Below, piece after piece: positions 8,791-16,391 of a DNA stretch of 64,000 bases. The stretch lies in IMG/VR virus record IMGVR_UViG_3300023179_000026, positions 1-64,000 of that record, one strand, 5' to 3'. Numbering within the stretch: position 1 is the stretch's first letter; every line of letters starts with the position of its first letter. This DNA comes from a virus. The translations under genes were made by a program, and so were the position numbers. The notes under the pieces are model-generated. The model worked only from the letters and a program-made list of their open reading frames with translations, made no database searches and was not told the DNA's origin.

Positions 8791-8844
8791 GTTCCTTATT
8801 AACTCAACAGAATCAATTGTATATTAATTAGGATATGTTGTCAA
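8791..8844 (-). promoter_or_regulatory. Early promoter-RBS cassette, copy 3
   Basis: TTGACA-17-TACAAT plus CTGTTGAGTTAATAAGGA. Confidence 0.7.
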
Positions 8845-8845
8845 G

Positions 8846-9049
8846 CTATTCTTCATCAAATAATTCACTTAGTTCTGCGGGTGTTGCACCTGTCAACAAA
8901 AACTCACGTTCATCAGCATTAAGAGTAGGAAAAGCATGTTGTATTAATGTATCACTGTTTACCCAATCACTGATCATATCTTCCGTAATTGGCAAATCCA
9001 TCGTGTTAACACACCCTGTAATCAAACTAGTACGAGAAATCAACGTCAT
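8846..9049 (-). CDS. Hypothetical protein
   Basis: 67-aa ORF with AFPTLNADEREFLLTG, a motif seen in small phage proteins; AGGAG RBS. Confidence 0.6.
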   Translation of the reverse strand: MTLISRTSLITGCVNTMDLPITEDMISDWVNSDTLIQHAFPTLNADEREFLLTGATPAELSELFDEE

Positions 9050-9149
9050 ATCAAATCTCCTAAATCAATTACCACCATCCAATTATACGACAAGTACAAA
9101 TTATAGTCAAGTGCGTTGTCATGATGACAATGTAGGTTGGCAACAACCC

Positions 9150-9731
9150 CTACATAATAGGGGCGTTGCCATTGCGAAAACCAACAGTACCCCCTTCATT
9201 GTTGATGCGTTTAATCACATCCTCAAATAAGATAGGGGCAAAGTCAGTTTGTTCTACGCAAACACAATGATATCTAACATCTACGATAGGGTTTGCTTTA
9301 TTATGTGTTGTAATCATGACACGGTTAGCATGCAAATGTCCATGTATGTTACAACCAAACCTAGCAATGCTATCTGCATGAATAGGCACGTGACTTAGAA
9401 TCATGCCATTCATCACATGGTATCCACGAATATCTCTAAAATGCTCTAAGTAATCTTGTAATTTAAAAATATCATGGTTACCACGTATAAGCACCTTATC
9501 GCCATTTAGTCTGCGTAGGGTATTTAAGCCTTTTCTGTTGATTGCAACATCGCCTAAAAAATAACACTTATCGTTTGGACGAACACGTTCGTTATGGCGT
9601 TTAACCATTTCTTCGTCCATTTCTTCCGCATTTTTGAATGGACGAAGGGGTGTACCGTCTGCTTTTTTAAAGACAGTACAAGTTTTTTCATGACCGAAAT
9701 GATGGTCAGAACAAAGAAAAACTGCTGGCAT
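9150..9731 (-). CDS. Calcineurin-like metallophosphoesterase
   Basis: SDHHFGH, LGD, RGNHD, LSH, HGHLH motifs. Confidence 0.85.
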   Translation of the reverse strand: MPAVFLCSDHHFGHEKTCTVFKKADGTPLRPFKNAEEMDEEMVKRHNERVRPNDKCYFLGDVAINRKGLNTLRRLNGDKVLIRGNHDIFKLQDYLEHFRDIRGYHVMNGMILSHVPIHADSIARFGCNIHGHLHANRVMITTHNKANPIVDVRYHCVCVEQTDFAPILFEDVIKRINNEGGTVGFRNGNAPIM

Positions 9732-9749
9732 TTTTTACTCCTTATGATT

Positions 9750-9823
9750 TGGTACCTCCGACAAGAATTGAACTTGTAATGGTCGATTATCAATCGACTG
9801 TTATACCATTTAACTACAGAGGT
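9750..9823 (-). tRNA. tRNA-Ile(GAT)
   Basis: Loop TTGATAA, full cloverleaf, CCA. Confidence 0.9.
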
Positions 9824-9844
9824 TTTAAATATATTCACCATTTA

Positions 9845-9886
9845 ATTGTTCATGAGAGATTTGAACTCACGACCTACACTTTAAAT
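9845..9886 (-). pseudogene. tRNA 3'-half remnant
   Basis: ...TTTAA-AGTGT-AGGTC-GTGAG-TTCAAAT-CTCTC T-arm with no D arm or matching acceptor. Confidence 0.5.
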
Positions 9887-9887
9887 T

Positions 9888-9963
9888 TGGTGCTTGGGGA
9901 CAGACTCGAACTGTCATCGTCCTCCGTGTAAAGGAGACGTATTACCTCTCTACGCACCCAAGC
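9888..9963 (-). tRNA. tRNA-Val(TAC)
   Basis: Loop TTTACAC, cloverleaf, CCA; 5' end overlaps the HNH ORF stop. Confidence 0.88.
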
Positions 9964-10396
9964 CTTTATAGTCTCTCAAATAACTGTTTCTTTTAGCTAC
10001 TTTTTTATACCTGCTACCTTTACCTTTACTACCAAAATTCTCAGTTTGAGTATGGCAGTTAGGGCATAGTAATCTTAAATTACTTGGATAGTTATTATCA
10101 CTATCACCATCCATATGATCTACTTGTAATACAAGAGGCTTGTTATTCCAAATACCTCCTTGCTTACATTCTTCACAATTTTCGCCTCTTGTTTCTAAAA
10201 GATATTTTTTTAAAGCATTAGAACCATCTGGAACCAGTCCTGCTTCAATTCTACCTATAGTTTCATTTATCCACTTATATTTCCCTTGACACACATTATT
10301 ACAAAATTTATTAATTTTGCTATGCCCCCATAAATTTTCTTTGTTACAATTTAGGCAATTATATTTTCTGTTGCTTCCTTTTATACCACTTGGCAT
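9950..10396 (-). mobile_element. Free-standing HNH homing endonuclease
   Basis: CxxC...LQVDHMDGD..NN..SNLRLLCPNCH; start revised to 10396. Confidence 0.85.
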
Positions 10397-10398
10397 AG

Positions 10399-10433
10399 TA
10401 TAGACCTCCACGTATATTTAGCATAGGTCTATA
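10399..10433 (-). promoter_or_regulatory. RBS-sequestering hairpin with internal late promoter
   Basis: TATAGACCT/AGGTCTATA 9-bp stem covering part of GGAGG; CTAAATA in the loop. Confidence 0.65.
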
Positions 10434-10439
10434 TTTTTT

Positions 10440-10459
10440 GCCAACTGAGCTAACCACCC
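10440..10459 (-). pseudogene. tRNA 5'-end remnant
   Basis: GGGTGGTTAGCTCAGTTGG (acceptor strand plus D arm start) cut off by the HNH leader. Confidence 0.55.
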
Positions 10460-10503
10460 TATAAACATTATATATCAACAATTGTATTACACTAAATATT
10501 TTG

Positions 10504-11127
10504 ATGAATCCCTATGAAATTTTAGGATTATCACCTAATGCCACGCTAGACGAAATTAGAACACGTTATAAACAACTTGCTAATTTACATCATCCTGATA
10601 AGGGTGGAGATGAAAATACCTTTAAAAATATTAGCTTAGCTTATAATATACTTTCTGACCCAATCAAAAAACAAAGTTATGACACACAGGGAATATTTTT
10701 TACTGATTCACTTATGTATGGTGAAGCAAAGGATGTACTATTAAGATTATTTAATGAAAAAATTAATACACATGATCCTGATAGTAATGATTTAATTTTA
10801 TCCATGAAAAATGAAGCAGTAAACAAAAAGTCACAATTAGCCAACCAACTAGAAAGTTGTCATCAAACAATTAAAAAATTGAACAAAGTAAAAAATAAAA
10901 TCAAACAAAAAAAGAAAACTGAAAATCTAATTGAAGACTTTGTAGAAAATGGTTTAAAAAATTGCAAACACGACTTAAAAGTGTTTGCACGAGGTATACA
11001 AATATATGATTTTGTATTACTTATTTTAAACAATTATCATTACAGTGATTTTGATTGGATGGAGATGTTAAGTAACCATGTAGATATGGTAGGGGCAAAG
11101 GGGATCGAACCACGACCTAATGGTTAA
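10504..11127 (+). CDS. DnaJ J-domain protein
   Basis: NPYEILGL...YKQLANLHHPDKGG..F (HPD motif). Confidence 0.85.
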   Translation: MNPYEILGLSPNATLDEIRTRYKQLANLHHPDKGGDENTFKNISLAYNILSDPIKKQSYDTQGIFFTDSLMYGEAKDVLLRLFNEKINTHDPDSNDLILSMKNEAVNKKSQLANQLESCHQTIKKLNKVKNKIKQKKKTENLIEDFVENGLKNCKHDLKVFARGIQIYDFVLLILNNYHYSDFDWMEMLSNHVDMVGAKGIEPRPNG

Positions 11128-11161
11128 AAGCCATTTGCTCTACCTACTGAGCTATACCCCC
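11087..11161 (-). tRNA. tRNA-Lys(TTT) copy A (weak T stem)
   Basis: Loop CTTTTAA, canonical D and T loops, T stem CGTGG/CCCTT mismatched. Confidence 0.75.
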
Positions 11162-11266
11162 ATTATCTTAGGTACCTTGTCACTGTCCATTTGGACTCTC
11201 CTTTAAAAAATCTGTATCAAACGTATCGGGATCATCAACTAACTCATAGTTTATACTTATATGTTA

Positions 11267-11341
11267 TGGCGGTCCCAATGGGAATTGAACCCATCTCTGA
11301 GCAGTGACAGTGCTCTATCCTAACCAATAGACGATGGAACC
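11267..11341 (-). tRNA. tRNA-Asp(GTC)
   Basis: Loop CTGTCAC, G73, CCA. Confidence 0.9.
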
Positions 11342-11347
11342 GAAATA

Positions 11348-11423
11348 TGGGGTGACTGATGAGAGTCGAACTCACACTGTACAGAATCACAATCTGCGGC
11401 ACTACCATTATGCTACAGTCACC
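11348..11423 (-). tRNA. tRNA-His(GTG)
   Basis: Loop TTGTGAT, G-1:C73. Confidence 0.9.
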
Positions 11424-11429
11424 ATTGTG

Positions 11430-11506
11430 TGGCCTGACCGAGAGGATTTGAACCTCCGACCCACAGCTTAGAAGGCTGTTGTTCTATCCAACTGAACTAC
11501 GGTCAG
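11430..11506 (-). tRNA. tRNA-Arg(TCT)
   Basis: Loop CTTCTAA, cloverleaf, CCA. Confidence 0.92.
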
Positions 11507-11511
11507 AATGT

Positions 11512-11586
11512 TGGGCAGAGGCACTAGGAGTCGAACCTAGAATAGCGGAATCAAAATCCGATGTGATACCATTTCACCATGCCCCA
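11512..11586 (-). tRNA. tRNA-Gln(TTG)
   Basis: Loop TTTTGAT, U1 mismatch; 3' end reads G-CCCA rather than G-CCA. Confidence 0.85.
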
Positions 11587-11591
11587 ACATA

Positions 11592-11653
11592 AACAGGATG
11601 CATTATACGGTTTAGATTAGCAGTCTAATGTAATAATTTGCTGTTAGCATCCT
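11592..11653 (-). ncRNA. Y-RNA-like element 3 (ACAGCAA family) with a Ser(GCU) anticodon-arm mimic
   Basis: AGGATGC-taACAGCAA...TTAGA-CTGCTAA-TCTAA...GCATCCT-GT. Confidence 0.75.
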
Positions 11654-11659
11654 TAAACT

Positions 11660-11735
11660 TGGTGGTCAGAGCAGTACTCGAAACTGCATTTTCTTTCTTA
11701 TGAAAAAAGCTCTCTTCCTCTTAAGATATCTGACC
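11660..11735 (-). tRNA. Atypical tRNA with CAT anticodon (Met or Ile2)
   Basis: All four stems pair, loop TTCATAA, CCA; non-canonical U53-A61 and U10. Confidence 0.7.
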
Positions 11736-11759
11736 TTTAGCTGTATTTTTTTAATGTAC

Positions 11760-12380
11760 TTAATGATGTTTAATTAATACAAAATTTGTAATACAAAATC
11801 TGCCATTTCCTTGATTTTTTAAATGTGTTGGTATTGATACTTTTGTTACTTCATGAGTTATTATAGAAGGGAAAATCACTAATCTATTGCTTAAACACTT
11901 AATTTTTTTGTTATGATTTAAAATTAAGTCTCCACCTTTGAAGGATTTAGGACTTTTAAATAACCAAAAAAGTGTTGTTATTACTGAGCTATCAGTATGG
12001 GGTTTATAAAATTCATTGTCTTCGTAATAGTTTAACATTGTACAATCAGTATTTGAATAAAGAAAGTAGTGGTAAAAATAATCAATTTTCAAAAGCTCTT
12101 CACATACTTCAGGGGAAAATAATTGTCTAGTTAATGTTAAAATTTTTGACTGTGATCTATTTTCATTATAATATAGATCTAAAAACAGACCTGTATTATT
12201 TCTCAACAAGTTTTCATTTTTATCTTTTGCAGAAAATGTAGGATTAGGCGGTTCTAGTAAATCATTGTTCAATAGAAACAATGATTCTTCTAATAATTCA
12301 TTATATTCAGCATTGTTAAAAAAGTTGTCTATAATTATTGCTTTTAAACTGTGAACTTTAAAATGTTTTATTTTTCTCAT
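11760..12380 (-). CDS. 2OG-Fe(II) oxygenase (prolyl-hydroxylase-like)
   Basis: YKPHTD...GGDL...FPS..THEV..GRF. Confidence 0.85.
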   Translation of the reverse strand: MRKIKHFKVHSLKAIIIDNFFNNAEYNELLEESLFLLNNDLLEPPNPTFSAKDKNENLLRNNTGLFLDLYYNENRSQSKILTLTRQLFSPEVCEELLKIDYFYHYFLYSNTDCTMLNYYEDNEFYKPHTDSSVITTLFWLFKSPKSFKGGDLILNHNKKIKCLSNRLVIFPSIITHEVTKVSIPTHLKNQGNGRFCITNFVLIKHH

Positions 12381-12395
12381 GGTAAACCTTTATTT

Positions 12396-12469
12396 TGGAG
12401 CGGGTAGCGAGAATCGAACTCGCAAATTTTCCTTGGCAAGGAAACAGGTTACCTTTACATCATACCCGC
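12396..12469 (-). tRNA. tRNA-Gly(GCC)
   Basis: Loop TTGCCAA, U73, CCA. Confidence 0.9.
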
Positions 12470-12470
12470 A

Positions 12471-13043
12471 TTAAAATGCCCAACTTACAAAAACAAACCT
12501 ATTACCCTTTGTAATTTTATTTACATTATGGGGATATAAAAAAACACTTGGAAATATTATAATGCTTCCTGCAGATAATTTGAGAACTTTATCTCTAATT
12601 ACTAGTTCTCCACCTTCATAATTATCATTTAACACACCAATTAAACTAAGTACAGGAATTCCTTTAATTTGTCCATCAAAAATTGAATGTATGTGATCAA
12701 CGTGTGGTTCCATTTTGGAATTAGTTGTATATTTAGTAAATCTTGGCGAATAAAATCCCTGAAACCTACTATAATATAGTTTTAAACCGTAAGTATCTTC
12801 ATTTAAATACCTAGTAAAACACTCATCAATTATTTGTTCTAATTCTTGTGACTCATTTATTTTATTGAAATATACTAATGGTTCAAACTCATGTTGAAAC
12901 GTACTATGATTATATAAATCATGAACCTTATTAAATTGGTGTCGTTCCCAAGTGCAATTTTTAAGAGATGATAAAATTTTTTTACAAAAAGGTTTTTCTA
13001 ATTTTTTTTCGTAAACCTTAATATAGTCATTTAAATTGTTCAT
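12471..13043 (-). CDS. 2OG-Fe(II) oxygenase
   Basis: EPHVD...YEGGEL...FPS.FLYPHNV..GNR. Confidence 0.85.
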   Translation of the reverse strand: MNNLNDYIKVYEKKLEKPFCKKILSSLKNCTWERHQFNKVHDLYNHSTFQHEFEPLVYFNKINESQELEQIIDECFTRYLNEDTYGLKLYYSRFQGFYSPRFTKYTTNSKMEPHVDHIHSIFDGQIKGIPVLSLIGVLNDNYEGGELVIRDKVLKLSAGSIIIFPSVFLYPHNVNKITKGNRFVFVSWAF

Positions 13044-13044
13044 G

Positions 13045-13359
13045 TTAGTATCTCTTACGTCTTCTGTGGTGATCTTCCATTATTTCACACAATGTTCTAT
13101 TTTCATATTTTACCCTATCCATACGATTTTCACTAGGTGTACCCCAATACAAATGCTTAGGGTTGCTACATTTACCATTATTGCATGCATGACATACTAA
13201 AATGCCATAACCATTTGGTATGGTAGTTTCAAGCAAATGTGCTAGCAAACCTTTACATAAAGTAGAACCACCACCACGTTCAATACAATAATCATCCAAG
13301 TCTAAATGTTCTTGACGGTCTTTTTTAGGTAAAGTTATATACTCATAGATGTTTTTCAC
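13045..13359 (-). mobile_element. HNH (His-Me finger) endonuclease
   Basis: VCHACNNGKCSNPKHLYWGTPSEN; TATAAATA late promoter at 13365-13372. Confidence 0.75.
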
Positions 13360-13398
13360 TATGATATTTATAATAGTGAATTTAGGATAAATAAAATT

Positions 13399-13956
13399 AT
13401 GAAATGTTATGAAATTATAAAAGAAGCACGTTTAAGTGACTTTCCATATACCGATGAACCTGATAAAACTACGGTTCAATTAAGAAGTCATCAAAGTCAA
13501 ATTTATACAAATCTTGCAAAAAAAGTTCAACGTATCAATGAACTAAAAACAGAATTAAAAGCACTTGAAGATGAAGTAAAACAATCAACACGTGAAAATG
13601 TTGCAGATTTATTTGATGTTGAAGATGCAGTAAAAACACGTGTTATTGACACAGTGTCATTTATTGTAACGTTATCAAAAGATCCCAAAGTCACTACTTC
13701 ACCAAAATATAAAGATATTTTAGAAGTATTAGAAAAACAGCTCACCCCCGAATTAATTACTGTGCTTGAAAATTTAAAAAAGACTATGGTAACAATTACT
13801 CAGAAAGCACCATCATTAAGAATTGACCCTAAAGACAAACAAAAGTTAGATGAAGGCGTACTATCTAGCTATATAAATAAGCTAAAAAGTTGGGTTATGA
13901 ATTGGAGTAAAAAATATGATGCCAAACTTAATCAACTTAAAAGTTTGGCATATTAA
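13399..13956 (+). CDS. Hypothetical late (probably virion) protein
   Basis: 185-aa coiled-coil ORF with ATAAATA 5 nt upstream. Confidence 0.65.
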   Translation: MKCYEIIKEARLSDFPYTDEPDKTTVQLRSHQSQIYTNLAKKVQRINELKTELKALEDEVKQSTRENVADLFDVEDAVKTRVIDTVSFIVTLSKDPKVTTSPKYKDILEVLEKQLTPELITVLENLKKTMVTITQKAPSLRIDPKDKQKLDEGVLSSYINKLKSWVMNWSKKYDAKLNQLKSLAY

Positions 13957-13961
13957 ATTAA

Positions 13962-14153
13962 TTATTCAAAAACGACTATATCCCATTTATTAATTGGACA
14001 TTTTTCATTATGATGTGTGTATAATGTTTTAGCGTATTCATTTCGCTTTTTACATAATGTTGCACTATAAAATTCACAATTTCTGCAAATTCTTGCACGT
14101 TCCTGTGCCCATGCAGGTTCATACCCTAAGAAAGCCTCATTAACAGTTGACAT
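13962..14153 (-). CDS. Small Cys-rich hypothetical protein
   Basis: CRNC...C...CPINKW. Confidence 0.5.
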   Translation of the reverse strand: MSTVNEAFLGYEPAWAQERARICRNCEFYSATLCKKRNEYAKTLYTHHNEKCPINKWDIVVFE

Positions 14154-14212
14154 AATTAATCCTGTAAAATAAATAATATTTATCCTTATAACTAGTATAA
14201 GTTAAGATTTTG

Positions 14213-14294
14213 TGGTGCCCATGGAGGGATTCGAACCCCCACGCTAGGCACTTGCTCCTAAGGCAAGCGTGTCTACCAATTTCACCACATGGGC
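14213..14294 (-). tRNA. tRNA-Leu(TAG)
   Basis: Loop CTTAGGA, variable arm, CCA. Confidence 0.92.
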
Positions 14295-14301
14295 ATTTTA
14301 A

Positions 14302-14377
14302 TTGTCTCTCTGCTTGGATTTGAACCAAGACCGCTGCGCCCCAAACGCAGTACGCTGCCAGATTACGCCACAGAGAG
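14302..14377 (-). tRNA. tRNA-Pro(TGG), CCA not encoded
   Basis: Loop TTTGGGG; ends A-CAA. Confidence 0.85.
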
Positions 14378-14431
14378 TATTCTTTAAATTATTATAATTA
14401 AGAACACTATGTTCAATATGCTTAATTATAA

Positions 14432-14505
14432 TGGTAGGGGCACAGAGAATCAAACTCTGATTTATTGGTTAAAAGCCAATTACTTTATCATTAAGTTATA
14501 CCCCC
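14432..14505 (-). tRNA. tRNA-Lys(TTT) copy B (degenerate D and T loops)
   Basis: All stems pair, loop CTTTTAA; D loop lacks GG, T loop TTTGATT. Confidence 0.7.
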
Positions 14506-14523
14506 ATTATCTTTCGTACCTTG

Positions 14524-14952
14524 TCACTGTCCATTTGGACTCTCCTTTAAAAAACTTGTATCAAATGTATCAGGATCATCAACCAACTGATTTTCACTGA
14601 CTTCAACCCATTTACCATCAATCTTTACTTCTACTTTAACTTTTTTCAATTCACGTTCCAACGCACGTTCAGCTTCTACTAATTCACCTGTGCGTTTCAT
14701 ATATTCTAATTTAATCCACTTTTTAAATTTATCACTATTAGCCATTTTTTCAAATGCATCTTTACGATTGTCTAGTTGGCTACGACTAGATTCGCTATAA
14801 CCATGTGCACCACTTGCACGATGTGTACAATGCACTGCTGAACTTGTTTTATTACGTTTTTGTCCACCTGCTCCTGTACCTTTAGTATATGACCATTCAC
14901 AATCTTTAGCAGTAATACTAAAGAACGGTTCTTCTTTTTTGTTAACTTTCAT
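14524..14952 (-). CDS. RF-1 domain peptidyl-tRNA hydrolase (ArfB/PrfH-like)
   Basis: GTGAGGQKRNKTSSAV...RSQLDNR (GGQ motif). Confidence 0.85.
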   Translation of the reverse strand: MKVNKKEEPFFSITAKDCEWSYTKGTGAGGQKRNKTSSAVHCTHRASGAHGYSESSRSQLDNRKDAFEKMANSDKFKKWIKLEYMKRTGELVEAERALERELKKVKVEVKIDGKWVEVSENQLVDDPDTFDTSFLKESPNGQ

Positions 14953-15157
14953 TATATTTCCTATACTAAATACGGTTATGAACGATGTTTACGAAACTTT
15001 AACACCAAATGGTTTACATATTTACTTATGTAGAAACCATAATGGTGTATGCATTGTCATATTACGTGATGTATATGATCAAAAATTTATGATGAAGTAT
15101 TTTAATGATTATAAACTAGCTTTTCAATTTATTCTTGATTTTGAACATCCAATTTAA
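14939..15157 (+). CDS. Hypothetical protein
   Basis: Short ORF, probable start MNDVYE after a TAAATA motif. Confidence 0.45.
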   Translation: MLTFIIFPILNTVMNDVYETLTPNGLHIYLCRNHNGVCIVILRDVYDQKFMMKYFNDYKLAFQFILDFEHPI

Positions 15158-15199
15158 AATATATTTCATGTGTTCTATGTTAATTAATAATTTTTTGCT

Positions 15200-15832
15200 T
15201 TACTTAAACATTGGACCTTCTACCCAAGCAACAATGCTTTTTCTTGAACCTGCCGTAATTGGTGTAACTTGATGTATCATCCAACTAGGAAAGCATATTA
15301 AAGTTCCACGTTTTTGTTCTACTGTAATTTTATCCCTTGAAACGGATGAAAAAATATTAAATTCACCACCTTCATACTCGCTTTTATCTTGTAAAAATAA
15401 TACTGTACTTAATTTTCTTATAAGGTGTGAGTTATGAATAGGACCCATAATTAAATCCATATGATCATCATATTTTGCGCCTATAGTATCATACAAAGTG
15501 TATTGAAATAAACTGAAACCGAAGAGATCAAAACGATAAAAATCGTTATTAAGTCTTGTTACTCTAGCAAAATATTCATCAAAAAACCAATTGATAGCAG
15601 GGTCGATGTTAATCCACGCTACTTTTGAATCACGGACTTCTTTACTAAAACTTTTTATTTTTTTTTTATTTTTTTGATTGGTGTCTCTTTGATTTATAAC
15701 AGAGGCATCTTCTGCAATTAATTTATCGCCGTATGATTCAATTGTTTTTAACTGCTCTTCGCTAAACGCATTATGCAAATATACATAAGGATATATAATT
15801 TTTCCAACAGTTTCTACATTTGTAGTTAACAT
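15200..15832 (-). CDS. PKHD-type 2OG-Fe(II) hydroxylase
   Basis: YDDHMD...RKLS...YEGGEF...FPSWMIHQVTP..GSRKS. Confidence 0.88.
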   Translation of the reverse strand: MLTTNVETVGKIIYPYVYLHNAFSEEQLKTIESYGDKLIAEDASVINQRDTNQKNKKKIKSFSKEVRDSKVAWINIDPAINWFFDEYFARVTRLNNDFYRFDLFGFSLFQYTLYDTIGAKYDDHMDLIMGPIHNSHLIRKLSTVLFLQDKSEYEGGEFNIFSSVSRDKITVEQKRGTLICFPSWMIHQVTPITAGSRKSIVAWVEGPMFK

Positions 15833-15849
15833 TGTTTCCCTTTTTTATA

Positions 15850-15925
15850 TGGTGGAGGTAAACGGGTTCGAACCGATGACCTTTAACTTGCAAAGCTACT
15901 GCTCTCCCAACTGAGCTATACCCCC
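15850..15925 (-). tRNA. tRNA-Ala(TGC)
   Basis: Loop TTTGCAA, G3:U70, CCA; TATAAATA at 15937-15944 upstream. Confidence 0.9.
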
Positions 15926-15968
15926 AAAAGTACTTTTATTTATAAACGTAAAATGCACTTTAATAATT

Positions 15969-16063
15969 TATGGTGACAGGCTCCCGAACCTGTGCTGACA
16001 AGAGTACGACCACCGTTTTCACGTATCCTCTCTTACTGCTCTTCAACGTTAAGCTACACCATA
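15969..16063 (-). ncRNA. tRNA-like RNA with an expanded, non-decoding anticodon domain
   Basis: 7-bp acceptor TATGGTG/CACCATA, U8A9, D arm, 7-bp stem closing a 25-nt insert, T arm ACAGG-TTCGGGAG-CCTGT. Confidence 0.6.
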
Positions 16064-16126
16064 TTGAAACACACTTACGGCTTTAAACCGCTGAACAATA
16101 CTGCCCTGATAAAATGTGCTTCAATA
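16062..16126 (-). ncRNA. Putative small structured RNA
   Basis: 12-bp closing stem TATTGAAGCACA/TGTGTTTCAATA enclosing two small hairpins. Confidence 0.45.
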
Positions 16127-16213
16127 TGGTGGGTGCTCTCCGATTCGAACAGAGAAGGCCAAAGACAAGAGATTTACAGTCTCCCCCCGATACCGTTACG
16201 GGACTAAACACCC
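16127..16213 (-). tRNA. tRNA-Tyr(GTA)
   Basis: Loop CTGTAAA, variable arm, CCA. Confidence 0.9.
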
Positions 16214-16315
16214 AAAATTTACATCTTTTTTAAAGATCTTTTAAACTGACTAACTTGCGTACAAATCAATCAGTATATATATTACATCAAACTAAAATTA
16301 TTTTCAAGCATTTTT

Positions 16316-16391
16316 TGGTGCCGCCTCGTGGAATTGAACCACGTTCCTAGATTCTTCAGACCCATGCTATGACCACATCAGCTAAAGCGGC
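16316..16391 (-). tRNA. tRNA-Phe(GAA)
   Basis: Loop CTGAAGA, CCA. Confidence 0.9.

Noticed and set aside
11512-14377. Theta (HDV-like) ribozymes behind the tRNAs lacking a clean CCA (Gln, Pro)
   Set aside because: The 3' spacers are under 10 nt before the next tRNA, too short for the fold.
15969-16126. tmRNA or tRNA-Sec assignment
   Set aside because: No G3:U70 Ala acceptor, tag ORF or pseudoknot series; no UCA anticodon or long variable arm.
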